Source: Terriglobia bacterium (lineage in GTDB: Bacteria > Acidobacteriota > Terriglobia > 20CM-2-55-15). Taken from it: a DNA stretch of 64,000 nt. The notes under the pieces were generated by a model, which saw only the letters and a program-made list of their open reading frames with translations, was not told the DNA's origin and made no database searches. The stretch lies in the NCBI GenBank assembly GCA_965198225.1, contig CBDAOY010000008.1, positions 736,001 through 800,000 of the forward strand, in the 5' to 3' direction. Position numbers and translations under genes: made by a program. This document shows positions 1-9,684 of this stretch, piece by piece; the stretch's first letter is position 1; every line of letters starts with the position of its first letter.

Positions 1-1252
1 GCACGACAAGTCTCAGTGTTGGTTCGGTGACGGCGGCCGCGAGTCTGGCTCCAGAGGGTGCCGCGCTCGATTCGAATAACGTACCGACGGCATCCGGTGG
101 GTATCCCAGATTCGTACCGGCCGAGGTGGGGTCTGTTGCCAATATCGCCATCGGTGCATCTCCGGCGATACCAGTTGCGGGAGCGACGAATCCCGTACCT
201 ACCGTTATTGGCCTGGTTCCTGCAAAAGGTCCCCCCGGAATCAGTTTTGCCGCGACCCTTTTTGGTGCGAATCTCACGGGCGCAACGTCGATCGACTTCA
301 CCGGGACGGGCGTGACCGGGGTTGTCGGTTCCGGCGGCACGTCCAGTCGTGTTCCGCTTTCGGTCACGATCGATTCCGACGCGCCGAGTGGGCCGAGATT
401 GGTGACAGTGACAACCTCTTTGGGTATTCTGTTCCGTTCGAAGGCTTTGCCGTGGAACAGCCACAACCTCGACGGCCAGCGAGCCCCCTGGAACTCGTAC
501 CGGCAGTAGAGCAGGGAATTGTAATCACCGGTTACGCCATCGTGACACCGGATCCGACAACACCTGTTCCCGTGACGTTTGTAACCTTGAGACTGATGGA
601 GCAGGGATTAGTCGTGTCTCAGGCGGACATCCCGGTGGCGACTATCGCAACCACGGCTTCACTGTTTGCTGACGTAGCATCCACGATCAACAGACGGATG
701 GGAGTCGCTGTGATCAATCCCGGCTCTGCAAGAACCGATATCGCGATCACGCTTGTAGATCAGAGCGGGGCACCCGTTGCCAGTTCTACAACAATGGCGG
801 TAGAACCCTATTCTCAGGTGGCACGGTTTCTCGGAGAGTTGTTCCCAGCCGCTGCCGTCGAACCCGCATTCACCGGACATCTCAGCTTGCGCGGAGATCT
901 ACCCTTCGCGGTTGTTGCCTTAAGCTTCAACGGGCGAGTTTTTGCCGCAACCGGTCCTCGAAACGCTGGCGAGGCAGTCGCGGTTCCGGAAAGAATCCTG
1001 CAACAAGTCGGTCCGTTCACGACAGCGAAAGTTGGCGGGCCGCTCGCTCAGATCCTCCCACAAGTCGCTTTCGGTGGCGGTTGGGTGACTCAAATCGCTC
1101 TGGTCAACACTGGCGCCTCGCTGTCTACCGGCCGGCTTGACGTTTTCGATTCGGATGGCCTGCCGTTAGCGGTGAAGTTTGACGGCGAGACAAACAGTAC
1201 AGTCGAGTACTCCATACCAGCGGGAGGAACCTTAGTCCTTACGCCACGGTAG
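1..1252 (+). CDS. C-terminal part of a large secreted/surface protein (IPT/Ig-like domain plus beta-rich C-terminal domain), 5'-truncated by the window edge, with a frameshift near 427
   Basis: ORF 27..509 (PTVIGLVP..G...GANLTGAT, IPT-like) continues as SVPFEGFAVEQ in the frame of ORF 452..1252 if one T is added at ggtattct (423-430). Confidence 0.6.
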
Positions 1253-1436
1253 CGACCGATCAAGCTTTGGTAAAAGCATGAGCCGCGTTCTTGGTCCAAC
1301 CTGACCGATCGAGAGCGCTGTCGGAGAACTGCGATGCGGTGGGCACAGAATGACGTACAATCTGCCTCACCTTCCAGTCGAGTGGAGAATACCCATTGAA
1401 ACAGACGCTTCAGATCCAATAACTTAGACACACCCG

Positions 1437-1509
1437 GGGCGGTTAGCTCAGTTGGAAGAGCATTCGGTTTACACCCGAAAGGTCACAAGTTCGAGCCTTG
1501 TACCGCCCA
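1437..1509 (+). tRNA. tRNA-Val (anticodon TAC), CCA not encoded
   Basis: Acceptor stem GGGCGGT/ACCGCCC, D arm TAGCTCAGTTGGAAGAGC, anticodon arm TTCGG-TTTACAC-CCGAA, T loop GTTCGAG. Confidence 0.96.
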
Positions 1510-1543
1510 TTTTCCCACCCATTTCAGTTCTGGAAGGAGCTCG

Positions 1544-3190
1544 ATGACGACGAAGGATCCGGACGAATCCGCGGGCAGCGCCGAGATAGTCGGGAGTGAG
1601 CTTCTTTACCATCCCTGGGTCAACAAGGGTACCGCGTTCACCGAGGAAGAGCGTGCCGCCTGGAAGCTGGAAGGGCGGCTGCCGCCGCGTGTTCACTCCC
1701 AGGACCTTCAGGTGGAGCAGGTCATGGAGATGTTCCGGAAGAAGACGTCCGACCTGGAGCGGCATATCTTCCTCATGGCGCTCCAGGATCGGAACGAAAG
1801 GCTCTTCTATCGCACTCTGGGGGACAACATCGAAGAGTTGATGCCGATCATCTACACCCCGACGGTCGGTGAGGCCTCACGGGAGTACTCCCACACCTTC
1901 CGTCGTCCACAGGGCCTCTATATCTGTGCCGGTCACAGGGGCCGGATTGGGAAAGTGCTCCGGAACTGGTCGGCGCCCGACGTCGGCATCATCGTCGTCA
2001 CCGACGGAGAGCGAATCCTCGGTTTGGGGGACCTCGGCGTCAACGGGATGGGCATTCCCATCGGGAAGCTGGTCCTCTACACCGCCGCTGCGGGAATCCA
2101 TCCCTCGCTCACGCTACCGATCGCGCTCGACGTCGGGACGAATAACGTCGAACTGCGCGAGGACCCCATGTACCTGGGCTTGGCTCAGGAGAGACTGGAC
2201 GGGAAGGAATACGACGAGTTTCTCGACGAGTTCGTCGAGGCAGTCGAGGAGGTGTTTCCACGAGCGCTACTTCAATTCGAGGACTTTGCCAACAAACACG
2301 CGATCCCGCTTCTCCGGCGCTATAAGAACCGGACCCGAACGTTCAACGACGACATGCAGGGAACCGCCGCGGTTGTCCTGGCCGGCTTCTTTGCCGCCAA
2401 TCGTATCGTCGGTAAGAGCTTGATCGATCATAAGATCCTCTTCCTGGGCGCGGGGACGGCCGGGACGGGAATCGCCGACCTGGTCGTGACGGCAATGGTG
2501 AAGGAAGGGCTTTCGCAGGCCGAAGCCAGGCGGCGCTGCTGGTTTGTCGATGTCGATGGCTTGCTCGTCAGAAGTCGAACCAATCTTTCCGAGCACAACC
2601 TTCCTTATGCCCACGAGCACGAATCCCTGCGTGACCTCCATTCCGCCGTGGCCGCGCTGGGGCCGACGGCCCTCATCGGAGTTTCGGGACAGGCCGGCCT
2701 GTTTACACAGTCCGTCGTCGAGGCGATGGCCCGCTTCAATCGCCGGCCGATCATCTTTCCCCTGTCGAACCCCTCATCCAATGCCGAATGCAGCGCCGAA
2801 GAGGCCTATCGGTGGACGAACGGTGCCGCCGTGGTCTCGACAGGCAGCCCTTTCCATCCAGTCGAGCTCCAGGGTCGCACTTTCGTCCCCGGCCAGGGCA
2901 ACAACGCCTACATCTTTCCGGGACTCGGGTTGGGGGTCATCGCTTCCGGTTCCAGTCTGGTGACCGACGAGATGTTTTTCGTGGCTGCGAGAACGCTCGC
3001 GGATCAGGTAACGCAGCAATCGTTGGAGCGAGGGACGATCTATCCGTCCTTGGGCGACCTCTACCGGGTTTCGGTTGAGATAGCCACAGCGGTGGCCCGG
3101 CTCGCCTACGAGGAGGGGTTGGCCACGGTGCCGGAACCAAACGACCTCGAAGAGCATGTTAGAGCGATGAGATACGATCCCCGCTACTAA
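1544..3190 (+). CDS. maeA: NAD-dependent malic enzyme
   Basis: 548 aa; motifs PIIYTPTVG, VTDGERILGLGDLG, QFEDF, FNDDMQGT, GAGTAG, LSNP, GQGNNAYIFPG. Confidence 0.95.
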   Translation: MTTKDPDESAGSAEIVGSELLYHPWVNKGTAFTEEERAAWKLEGRLPPRVHSQDLQVEQVMEMFRKKTSDLERHIFLMALQDRNERLFYRTLGDNIEELMPIIYTPTVGEASREYSHTFRRPQGLYICAGHRGRIGKVLRNWSAPDVGIIVVTDGERILGLGDLGVNGMGIPIGKLVLYTAAAGIHPSLTLPIALDVGTNNVELREDPMYLGLAQERLDGKEYDEFLDEFVEAVEEVFPRALLQFEDFANKHAIPLLRRYKNRTRTFNDDMQGTAAVVLAGFFAANRIVGKSLIDHKILFLGAGTAGTGIADLVVTAMVKEGLSQAEARRRCWFVDVDGLLVRSRTNLSEHNLPYAHEHESLRDLHSAVAALGPTALIGVSGQAGLFTQSVVEAMARFNRRPIIFPLSNPSSNAECSAEEAYRWTNGAAVVSTGSPFHPVELQGRTFVPGQGNNAYIFPGLGLGVIASGSSLVTDEMFFVAARTLADQVTQQSLERGTIYPSLGDLYRVSVEIATAVARLAYEEGLATVPEPNDLEEHVRAMRYDPRY

Positions 3191-3399
3191 CCAGCGACTC
3201 GCTCCCCCCCGGAATTCTCCCAGAAATCCTGTAACGATTCGCCGCCCGAACCGGTCTTAGAGGTGTCGGCGGTACTTACACGGTAGATTTGACCGGCCGT
3301 GGCGCGATTTTTTTGAACTTTTTTCCGCAAGCTTCGTATTCGAGTTCAAGCGCGCGGATGTGCGATAGCAAGTTTGCCGATTCTGGAGGATGAGACGCG

Positions 3400-4107
3400 A
3401 TGAACGAGCAAAGTCAGGAATTGATTCGACTCGAGAACGTGACGAAGGTGTTCTACACGGATGAAGTAGAAACACATGCCCTGTCGGGGATTCATCTCGA
3501 CATCCGTGCTGGGGAATACGTTTCGATGTCGGGACCGTCGGGTTGCGGAAAGTCGACGCTGCTGTCGATCCTGGGACTCCTGGACACACCCAGCGAGGGC
3601 ACCTACTGGCTGAACGATCGCCATGTCGCCGATCTCACGCTGGCCGAACGAGCTCGTATCCGGAATCGCGAAATCGGCTTTATTTTCCAGAGTTTCAACC
3701 TCATCGGGGATCTGACCGTATACGAAAACGTGGAGCTGCCCTTGATCTACCGCGGCATGCCCGCATCGGAACGGAAATCACGCGTCCAGGAAGCCTTCGA
3801 ACGGGTTCAGATGGCGCACCGAATGAAGCACTATCCGTCTCAGCTCAGCGGTGGACAGCAGCAGCGCGTCGCAGTCGCGCGTGCCCTGTCGGGGCACCCC
3901 TCGATCCTCCTGGCCGACGAGCCGACAGGGAACCTCGATTCCAAGAACGGCGAAGCGACGATGGAGCTTCTCGAGGAGTTGCACCGGGACGGTTCGACAA
4001 TCTGCATGGTCACCCACGACCCGCGGTACGCGGAGAGGGCGGAACGTATCGTGAACCTGTTCGACGGCGTGATCGTCGAGGAACAGGCTGCCGCCGGGGT
4101 GAGCTGA
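3400..4107 (+). CDS. ABC transporter ATP-binding protein (LolD/MacB type)
   Basis: Walker A GPSGCGKST, signature LSGGQQQRV, LADEPTGNLD, MVTHD. Confidence 0.93.
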   Translation: MNEQSQELIRLENVTKVFYTDEVETHALSGIHLDIRAGEYVSMSGPSGCGKSTLLSILGLLDTPSEGTYWLNDRHVADLTLAERARIRNREIGFIFQSFNLIGDLTVYENVELPLIYRGMPASERKSRVQEAFERVQMAHRMKHYPSQLSGGQQQRVAVARALSGHPSILLADEPTGNLDSKNGEATMELLEELHRDGSTICMVTHDPRYAERAERIVNLFDGVIVEEQAAAGVS

Positions 4108-4161
4108 GCGCTCCAGAGTTTTTCCGAAGCCGGGGCCCGACCGAAACACCTCCCACACTCA

Positions 4162-4436
4162 GCAGCCCGTGGCCAGCAGTCTGATGGCTCGCGTTACGGC
4201 GGCGTTGCGCCAGATGCTAGGCGTCGCGCCGACCGATCTGCGTGTCCGGATAAATGTCGCGCGGCAACAACGCAGATGGTGTGACGCCGCCGTAACCCTT
4301 CGGGCGCACGGGGGTTGCGGTCGGATACTTTGTTGCTCGTCGTCATGATGGAAACAGCATCAGTTCCTCCTCGCGCCTCGTCTCCGCCTCGCAAGACCCG
4401 TGCGCGCGAACCATCAGACTGCTGGCCACGGGTTGC
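4162..4436. mobile_element. ~275-bp non-autonomous TIR element (structured MITE, copy E1)
   Basis: 26-bp TIR GCAGCCCGTGGCCAGCAGTCTGATGG / CCATCAGACTGCTGGCCACGGGTTGC (1 mismatch); internal layout shared with 46073-46347 and 55815-56090. Confidence 0.8.
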
Positions 4437-4450
4437 ACGGCCTCGGCGAA

Positions 4451-4588
4451 TACGGTGTAAGCGTCACCGATCCGTTCACTTTCATCGCTGTCGCTGGCCT
4501 CTTCACCGCCATGGCTTTCCTGGCCTGCTACCTGCCGGCCCGACGGGCGACCCGCCTCGACCCACTGACGTCACTGCGGTACGAATAA
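4451..4588 (+). pseudogene. C-terminal stub of an ADOP/FtsX-MacB-type ABC permease
   Basis: YGVSVTDPFTFIAVAGLFTAMAFLACYLPARRATRLDPLTSLRYE* is the typical permease C-terminus; the rest of the gene is absent. Confidence 0.8.
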
Positions 4589-4593
4589 ACAAG

Positions 4594-4717
4594 GTGTGGG
4601 TGCGGCCTATGACCGCACACCCTTCGAACCGAAACACGCTCAGGCACGTGTAGGTGCGGTCTATGACCGCACAATCTTCGAGCCGAAACAATGTGCGCTC
4701 ATGGAGCGCACCTACAC
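4594..4717. repeat. GTAG-type REP cluster (3 units, BIME-like)
   Basis: GTGTAGGTGCGGTCTATGACCGCACA-type hairpins and an inverted GTGCGCTCATGGAGCGCACCTACAC. Confidence 0.85.
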
Positions 4718-4810
4718 CCGATCGTGAAGTGTCGCGGCTACTTCCGGGGCTTGCGCTTCCTACCCCAGTGACTTAGCCTTTTCGACAAACCAGCCTCCTG
4801 GAGGTTCCTC

Positions 4811-5944
4811 GTGAAGCGAAGACTTGTTTTGGCGGTGGTCCTGTTTGCCGTTGGCAGCCTGGGCCATGCCCAGCAGAACGAACGACCTCGGGTTCGCGAT
4901 GTTGGTATCAATCCGGGAGTGCTCTCGCCCGGGCCGCTGAACGCGATCACCGACGTCGGGGGCGTTGCCGTTGGACACACCACGATCATTCGCGGCACCG
5001 ACATCCGGACCGGCGTCACGGCTATTCTGCCGCACCAGGGGAACCTGTTCCGCCGGAAGGTCCCCGGCGCCGTGTTCATCGGAAACGCTTTCGGCAAGCT
5101 CGCGGGCTCGACGCAGGTCAACGAACTCGGCGAAATCGAGACCCCGATCGTCCTGACCTCCACCCTGTCGGTGCCGCGCGTGGCCGACGCGGTGATGGAC
5201 TACATGCTGGCGCTGCCGGGCAACGAGAACGTGCGATCGATCAACCCGCTCGTCGGGGAGACCAACGATGGCGGCCTGAACGATATTCGTGGCCGCCACA
5301 TCACTTCAGAAGACGTCGCCAACGCGATCCGAGAGGCCTCGAGTGGCGCCGTCGACGAAGGTGTCGTGGGGGCCGGAGTCGGTACGACTGCGTTTGGCTT
5401 CAAGGGTGGGATCGGATCGTCTTCCCGGCGCCTGCCGGACGGATCGGGTGGATACACGGTTGGCGTCCTCGTGCAGACCAACTTCGGGGGCGTCCTGACG
5501 ATCAACGGCGCGCCGGTTGGAGAAGAACTGGGACGTTACTACATGCGGAATCAGATCGAGGGCGCGCCGGCGGGTGGCGCCGGAGGAGTCGACAATGCGG
5601 ACGGTTCCATCATGATCGTCGTTGGCACCGACGCCCCGATCGAAAACCGGAACCTCAAACGCCTGGCAGCCAGGGCAATGATGGGTCTGGGCCGAACCGG
5701 CTCGGCCTCCACCAACGGAAGCGGGGACTTCGTCATCGCGTTTTCCACCGCCCGCGAACCGGAACAGCTTCTGAGCAACAACCGCATGTCGCCTCTGTTT
5801 CTCGCCGTGATCGAAGCGACCGAAGAAGCAATCTACAACTCCCTGTTCCGCGCCACGTCCACGACAGGCAGGGGCCGCACCGTCGATGCGCTTCCGATAG
5901 AAAGAACACTGGAGATCATGCGCAAGTACGGCGCGATCCGTTAG
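4811..5944 (+). CDS. DmpA-like peptidase family S58 (P1), with signal peptide
   Basis: NAITDV.GV.VGH, GETNDG.LNDI, FKGGIG.SSR, VQTNFG, autocleavage site DG/SI, NGSGDFVIAFST. Confidence 0.92.
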   Translation: MKRRLVLAVVLFAVGSLGHAQQNERPRVRDVGINPGVLSPGPLNAITDVGGVAVGHTTIIRGTDIRTGVTAILPHQGNLFRRKVPGAVFIGNAFGKLAGSTQVNELGEIETPIVLTSTLSVPRVADAVMDYMLALPGNENVRSINPLVGETNDGGLNDIRGRHITSEDVANAIREASSGAVDEGVVGAGVGTTAFGFKGGIGSSSRRLPDGSGGYTVGVLVQTNFGGVLTINGAPVGEELGRYYMRNQIEGAPAGGAGGVDNADGSIMIVVGTDAPIENRNLKRLAARAMMGLGRTGSASTNGSGDFVIAFSTAREPEQLLSNNRMSPLFLAVIEATEEAIYNSLFRATSTTGRGRTVDALPIERTLEIMRKYGAIR

Positions 5945-6018
5945 TGATCAAGCGTGATGTCAGCCCTCAGCGGCCAGCTATCAGCTCAGGCGGATGGGAC
6001 TATCGTCCCGTTCTTGAA

Positions 6019-6091
6019 GTGTATGTGCGCTCTATGAGCGCACAACGCGCCGGTCCGCGGGCATCTGTGCGGTCATAGACCGCACCTACAC
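6019..6091. repeat. GTAG-type REP inverted pair
   Basis: GTGTATGTGCGCTCTATGAGCGCACA ... TGTGCGGTCATAGACCGCACCTACAC between convergent genes. Confidence 0.85.
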
Positions 6092-6106
6092 CGGGGGGAG
6101 ACACGT

Positions 6107-7210
6107 TCAATTGACCGTAATCGTGCCGGGACCGATGCGCCCCAGGTTTCCATTGCCGGCGGTGATTCGGATCCCGGTCGTAAACAACAGGTCGTTCTGT
6201 TTCTTTCCCGGGACGGGGTTACTGAGGTAACGGTCGCTCACGGTGACCTGCCAGCTCAACCAGTCGTTGAGCCGCGTCACGGCCGTTGTATCGAATGTCA
6301 ATCGAAACTCCCCGAGGTCACTCATGTTCGGAAACACCGCCAGGCGCTGAGTCACCGATGTCAGGCTCGTGAGCCGGTAGCTCAAGTCTTCTCCGAAAAC
6401 GGACTCCCCAGACCTCCGGTCCAGGCCGTTCGCGAAGAACTCCTGGTTGGACGACGCACCCGCAAACAACTCGAGAGACGCCTGCGGCGTTTCCACCAGA
6501 TCCACACCCAATCCACCACCCAGTACCAGCCGAAGGTCGAGATCCTGGAACCGATCGAACTCCAGATCTGTAAAACCGAAAGTGAAGAACCGGTCGCTGA
6601 GGCTGAGCTCGTACCGGGAGCCGCCGCGGACCGCATTGGCGGTCGTAACCGATTCTCCCGTCGTCGAGTTGTCGGCGAAGACAGTGGTGAAGTAACCGCT
6701 GAGCTCATTGTCCTCGGTCGTCCGTGCCGCCCGGACACCGACGTTCAGCGCGCGCGTGTCGGCATTACCCTGAGTGGAACTGATGGCGGCGTCGATTGCA
6801 GCGGACCAGAAATCCGTGAAGCGGGGATTGTCCAGGCGCTCCCTCTCGATGCGCAGCCTTTCGTATTCGGGTTCGGAACGGATGGAGACGACACTCTCCC
6901 TGTTGACGGCCACCGTCTCGGCATCGGTTCGCACTTCGAGAGTTCCGGCGCCCGCCGACAGAGCGCCGACGATCAACCGCTCGTCGGCCAGCGTGACATA
7001 CATGCGGTCGTCGGACTGGATGTCCGAGATCGAATCCCAGTCGGCAGAGAGACTCCCGAGCAGCTCGGACCGGACTTCGATCCGGCCTCCTTCGAGACGC
7101 ACAATTGCCCCGGTAACGCGGTCTCCGTTGGTCAGGACGAGGCGATCGGCCTTGGCCGCCGTGCTGAAGAATGAGAGGGCGACAAGCGTGGGGAGGATGC
7201 GTTTCATCAT
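6107..7210 (-). CDS. DUF481-family outer-membrane beta-barrel protein
   Basis: Signal peptide; N-terminal D..L.NGDR.TG domain; barrel motifs GNADT, EFDRFQDLDLR..GGGLG, DRYLSNP. Confidence 0.8.
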   Translation of the reverse strand: MMKRILPTLVALSFFSTAAKADRLVLTNGDRVTGAIVRLEGGRIEVRSELLGSLSADWDSISDIQSDDRMYVTLADERLIVGALSAGAGTLEVRTDAETVAVNRESVVSIRSEPEYERLRIERERLDNPRFTDFWSAAIDAAISSTQGNADTRALNVGVRAARTTEDNELSGYFTTVFADNSTTGESVTTANAVRGGSRYELSLSDRFFTFGFTDLEFDRFQDLDLRLVLGGGLGVDLVETPQASLELFAGASSNQEFFANGLDRRSGESVFGEDLSYRLTSLTSVTQRLAVFPNMSDLGEFRLTFDTTAVTRLNDWLSWQVTVSDRYLSNPVPGKKQNDLLFTTGIRITAGNGNLGRIGPGTITVN

Positions 7211-7249
7211 CCTCCCAGCTTACCCAAAGAACGGCCGGAAAAGGGGTCG

Positions 7250-8695
7250 CTATGCCTCTTCGGGCTGGTGCAATTCTGTGATCTCCTCGATCATCGCCCT
7301 CGATTCGCTCGCGGCGAATGTCCCCCCTATCCACATGAGGAGCGCGCTGGTCGGGATCGCGAACAGAATCGCCGAGCCGGGCGGGAACACGGCCGGCGAG
7401 AACTGGACGATGACGTAGGTGGCAGCGCCTCCCAGCAGGGCCCCGATTCCGCCGGCAAGGTTCGCCTTCTTCCACCATATACCGGCAATCACCGGTACGA
7501 ACAGGCCGGCGCTGAGGAGGCCGATTGCGATCGTGTAGAACTCCGTGATCAGGGCTGGAGGATTGTACGCCAAAGACATCGCCGTCAGCCCCACGACCCA
7601 CGCGACGCCGACGGTAATCCAGTGGCCGGTCTTGTGGCTGACTTTTTTCTCGAGAAAGTTGCCGAGCAGGTCATGGGCAATCGCTGAGCTGCAGGCCAGC
7701 AGGAGCGCATCGGTCGTCGACATGACCGCTGCCAGAACCGCCGCTACCGCTATTCCCCGGAAGACAGGGCTGAATTCGGCTTCCATGACGCGGAGGAACA
7801 CCGTGTCCGCATCCTCGAGGTCCGGGAAGTTCATCTTGCCGACGGGCGTGACAGCTAGGACGGCGGCCAGGATCAGAATTGCGTAAAAAACCATCGAGAG
7901 GTTCAGGGACAGTTTGGCGCCACGGGAATCTCTCGCCGTGAAGACACGCATCACGATATGAGGGATGACCGAAATAGCCGACGCCCAGATCACGAACGAT
8001 CCCAGGTAGCTCGTGATCGGTTGGTCCGCTCCCATACGGCCCAACTCCGGCGCCGCCGCGGTCGCCTGGTCCATAATCGTCAGCGGGGAGCCGATGCGGA
8101 AAACCAGCAGGACCGCTGCGCCGACGACGACGAACAACATCAGCGTGCCCTGAAAAACGTCCGTCCATGTAATCGCAAGCATTCCGCCCAGCGAAACATA
8201 TGTGATGAACACCAGCGTGGCCAGAGTCAGCGCCGTGTTGTAGGGAATACCCAGGAGGGCGTTCGCGGTGATTCCGGCGGCCTTCATCTGGGCGATGATG
8301 TAGACGGTAAAGGTTACGACGATCAGGATCGGGACCAGGTAACGGACGATGGCGTGTGGGTATCGGTAGACCATGAAATCGGTGATGGTGAACTTACCGA
8401 ACTTCCGCAAAGGCGCAGCAACCAGGATCGCGGCTATCGGAAAGCCGATACTCGCACCGGTAAAGAGTGCCAGGGTTGCGGGGATACCCGAGGCGTAAGC
8501 CAATCCCATCACCCCGATTATCGAGCCGCCGCTCGCCAGCGCCGCCATGATTGCCATGCTGTTGACGACGGGTCCGATCTTCCGTCCGGCCACCCAGTAC
8601 TCGTCGCTCGATCGACTCACTTTGCGCGATGCGATCAGCCCGACGGCGATACATCCGGCCAGATACAGGACTGTCAGGACTTGCTCGACGATCAT
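7250..8695 (-). CDS. Sodium:solute symporter (SSS, ActP-like)
   Basis: YWVAGR, SGGSIIG..G, GGMLAITWTDVFQG, AAVMSTTD; about 13 hydrophobic segments; start MIVEQ after a GGAG RBS. Confidence 0.9.
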   Translation of the reverse strand: MIVEQVLTVLYLAGCIAVGLIASRKVSRSSDEYWVAGRKIGPVVNSMAIMAALASGGSIIGVMGLAYASGIPATLALFTGASIGFPIAAILVAAPLRKFGKFTITDFMVYRYPHAIVRYLVPILIVVTFTVYIIAQMKAAGITANALLGIPYNTALTLATLVFITYVSLGGMLAITWTDVFQGTLMLFVVVGAAVLLVFRIGSPLTIMDQATAAAPELGRMGADQPITSYLGSFVIWASAISVIPHIVMRVFTARDSRGAKLSLNLSMVFYAILILAAVLAVTPVGKMNFPDLEDADTVFLRVMEAEFSPVFRGIAVAAVLAAVMSTTDALLLACSSAIAHDLLGNFLEKKVSHKTGHWITVGVAWVVGLTAMSLAYNPPALITEFYTIAIGLLSAGLFVPVIAGIWWKKANLAGGIGALLGGAATYVIVQFSPAVFPPGSAILFAIPTSALLMWIGGTFAASESRAMIEEITELHQPEEA

Positions 8696-8916
8696 CGATC
8701 TCCTCCCCCTGGACTGCGCTTTTTCTCGGAGCGTACGAAACGAATCAGTGCGCTGCTGGGGACGTACACCATCAGGAACACCATCCACCAGCCGAGCATC
8801 GACAGGCCGGCGACCTCCATGCCGCGCCAGAACGGCAGAAACGCCACTGCCGAGAAACCGATCAGTACGATCAGGTACCACCGGTCACCGGATGGCATAC
8901 TGATGAAATTGGACAT
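8692..8916 (-). CDS. Small 2-TM partner subunit of the SSS transporter
   Basis: 74 aa, two TM segments, RBS GAGGAGG, overlaps the SSS start; typical arrangement for this family. Confidence 0.7.
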   Translation of the reverse strand: MSNFISMPSGDRWYLIVLIGFSAVAFLPFWRGMEVAGLSMLGWWMVFLMVYVPSSALIRFVRSEKKRSPGGGDR

Positions 8917-9242
8917 GAATCCTCCTCGCTGGTCACTCGCCGAACCCGGCGGCGTCGTTAATATAGTGGATAAACGGATCACCCGCAATCTGCACGGGAG
9001 GCACACGATCGAAATTCGCTATCGGGCGGTTCGATCCGGTTTGAGGTCGTTCAGGCGCCGTCCAAAAGCGTTGATCTTGTGCTGGAAAACCATTATTTTG
9101 TTGATCTCCGACTGCCGGTCGAATCCGCACCCTGGACCGACCGGTGTTCCTGTCACAGCCTGCGTGTGTAAGTTTTGGGAAGAACGTGTGGTCGGCCGGC
9201 GCCCCAGCCGGTCGACAGCCTGATGAGCGGTATAGGAGGACT

Positions 9243-9605
9243 ATGAGTCTGTCAATGAAGACCCGGAAAATAGAGGATATTGTCGCGTTGGATCTGGCCG
9301 GACGCCTGACGCTGGGTGAACCGACGTTGCTGCTTCGTGAGACGGTCCGACGCTACTCGACCGATGGATCCAGAAAATTCATCGTCAATCTTGGCGACGT
9401 GTCCTACATCGATAGTGCCGGCCTGGGCGAGCTGATCGCAACCTACACTACGATTCGCAACAAGAGTGGTGACGTGAAGCTCCTCAACCTGACATCGAAA
9501 GCGAAAGATCTGCTCCAGATGACAAAGCTGCTGACGGTTTTCGACACATATGACGACGAAGAAAAGGCTGTCGAGGCCTTGAAGGGCGGAGCGGCCGGTG
9601 CGTAG
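9243..9605 (+). CDS. STAS-domain anti-sigma-factor antagonist (RsbV/SpoIIAA-like)
   Basis: VSYIDSAGLGEL phospho-Ser motif; RBS AGGAGG. Confidence 0.92.
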   Translation: MSLSMKTRKIEDIVALDLAGRLTLGEPTLLLRETVRRYSTDGSRKFIVNLGDVSYIDSAGLGELIATYTTIRNKSGDVKLLNLTSKAKDLLQMTKLLTVFDTYDDEEKAVEALKGGAAGA

Positions 9606-9684
9606 ATAGCTACCGGTTTCCGATGCAGGAGGGAAACCGCCGCGGTCCTTGTGTTTCGAAGCTTGCCGTCCAGAAGAAACGCCG

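Noticed and set aside
423-452. Possible programmed frameshift joining ORFs 27..509 and 452..1252
   Set aside because: There is no slippery heptamer. A single missing T explains it (sequencing error or recent inactivation).
1253-1540. Integrative element at tRNA-Val
   Set aside because: No integrase and no duplicated tRNA 3' end in the window. The left flank cannot be assessed.
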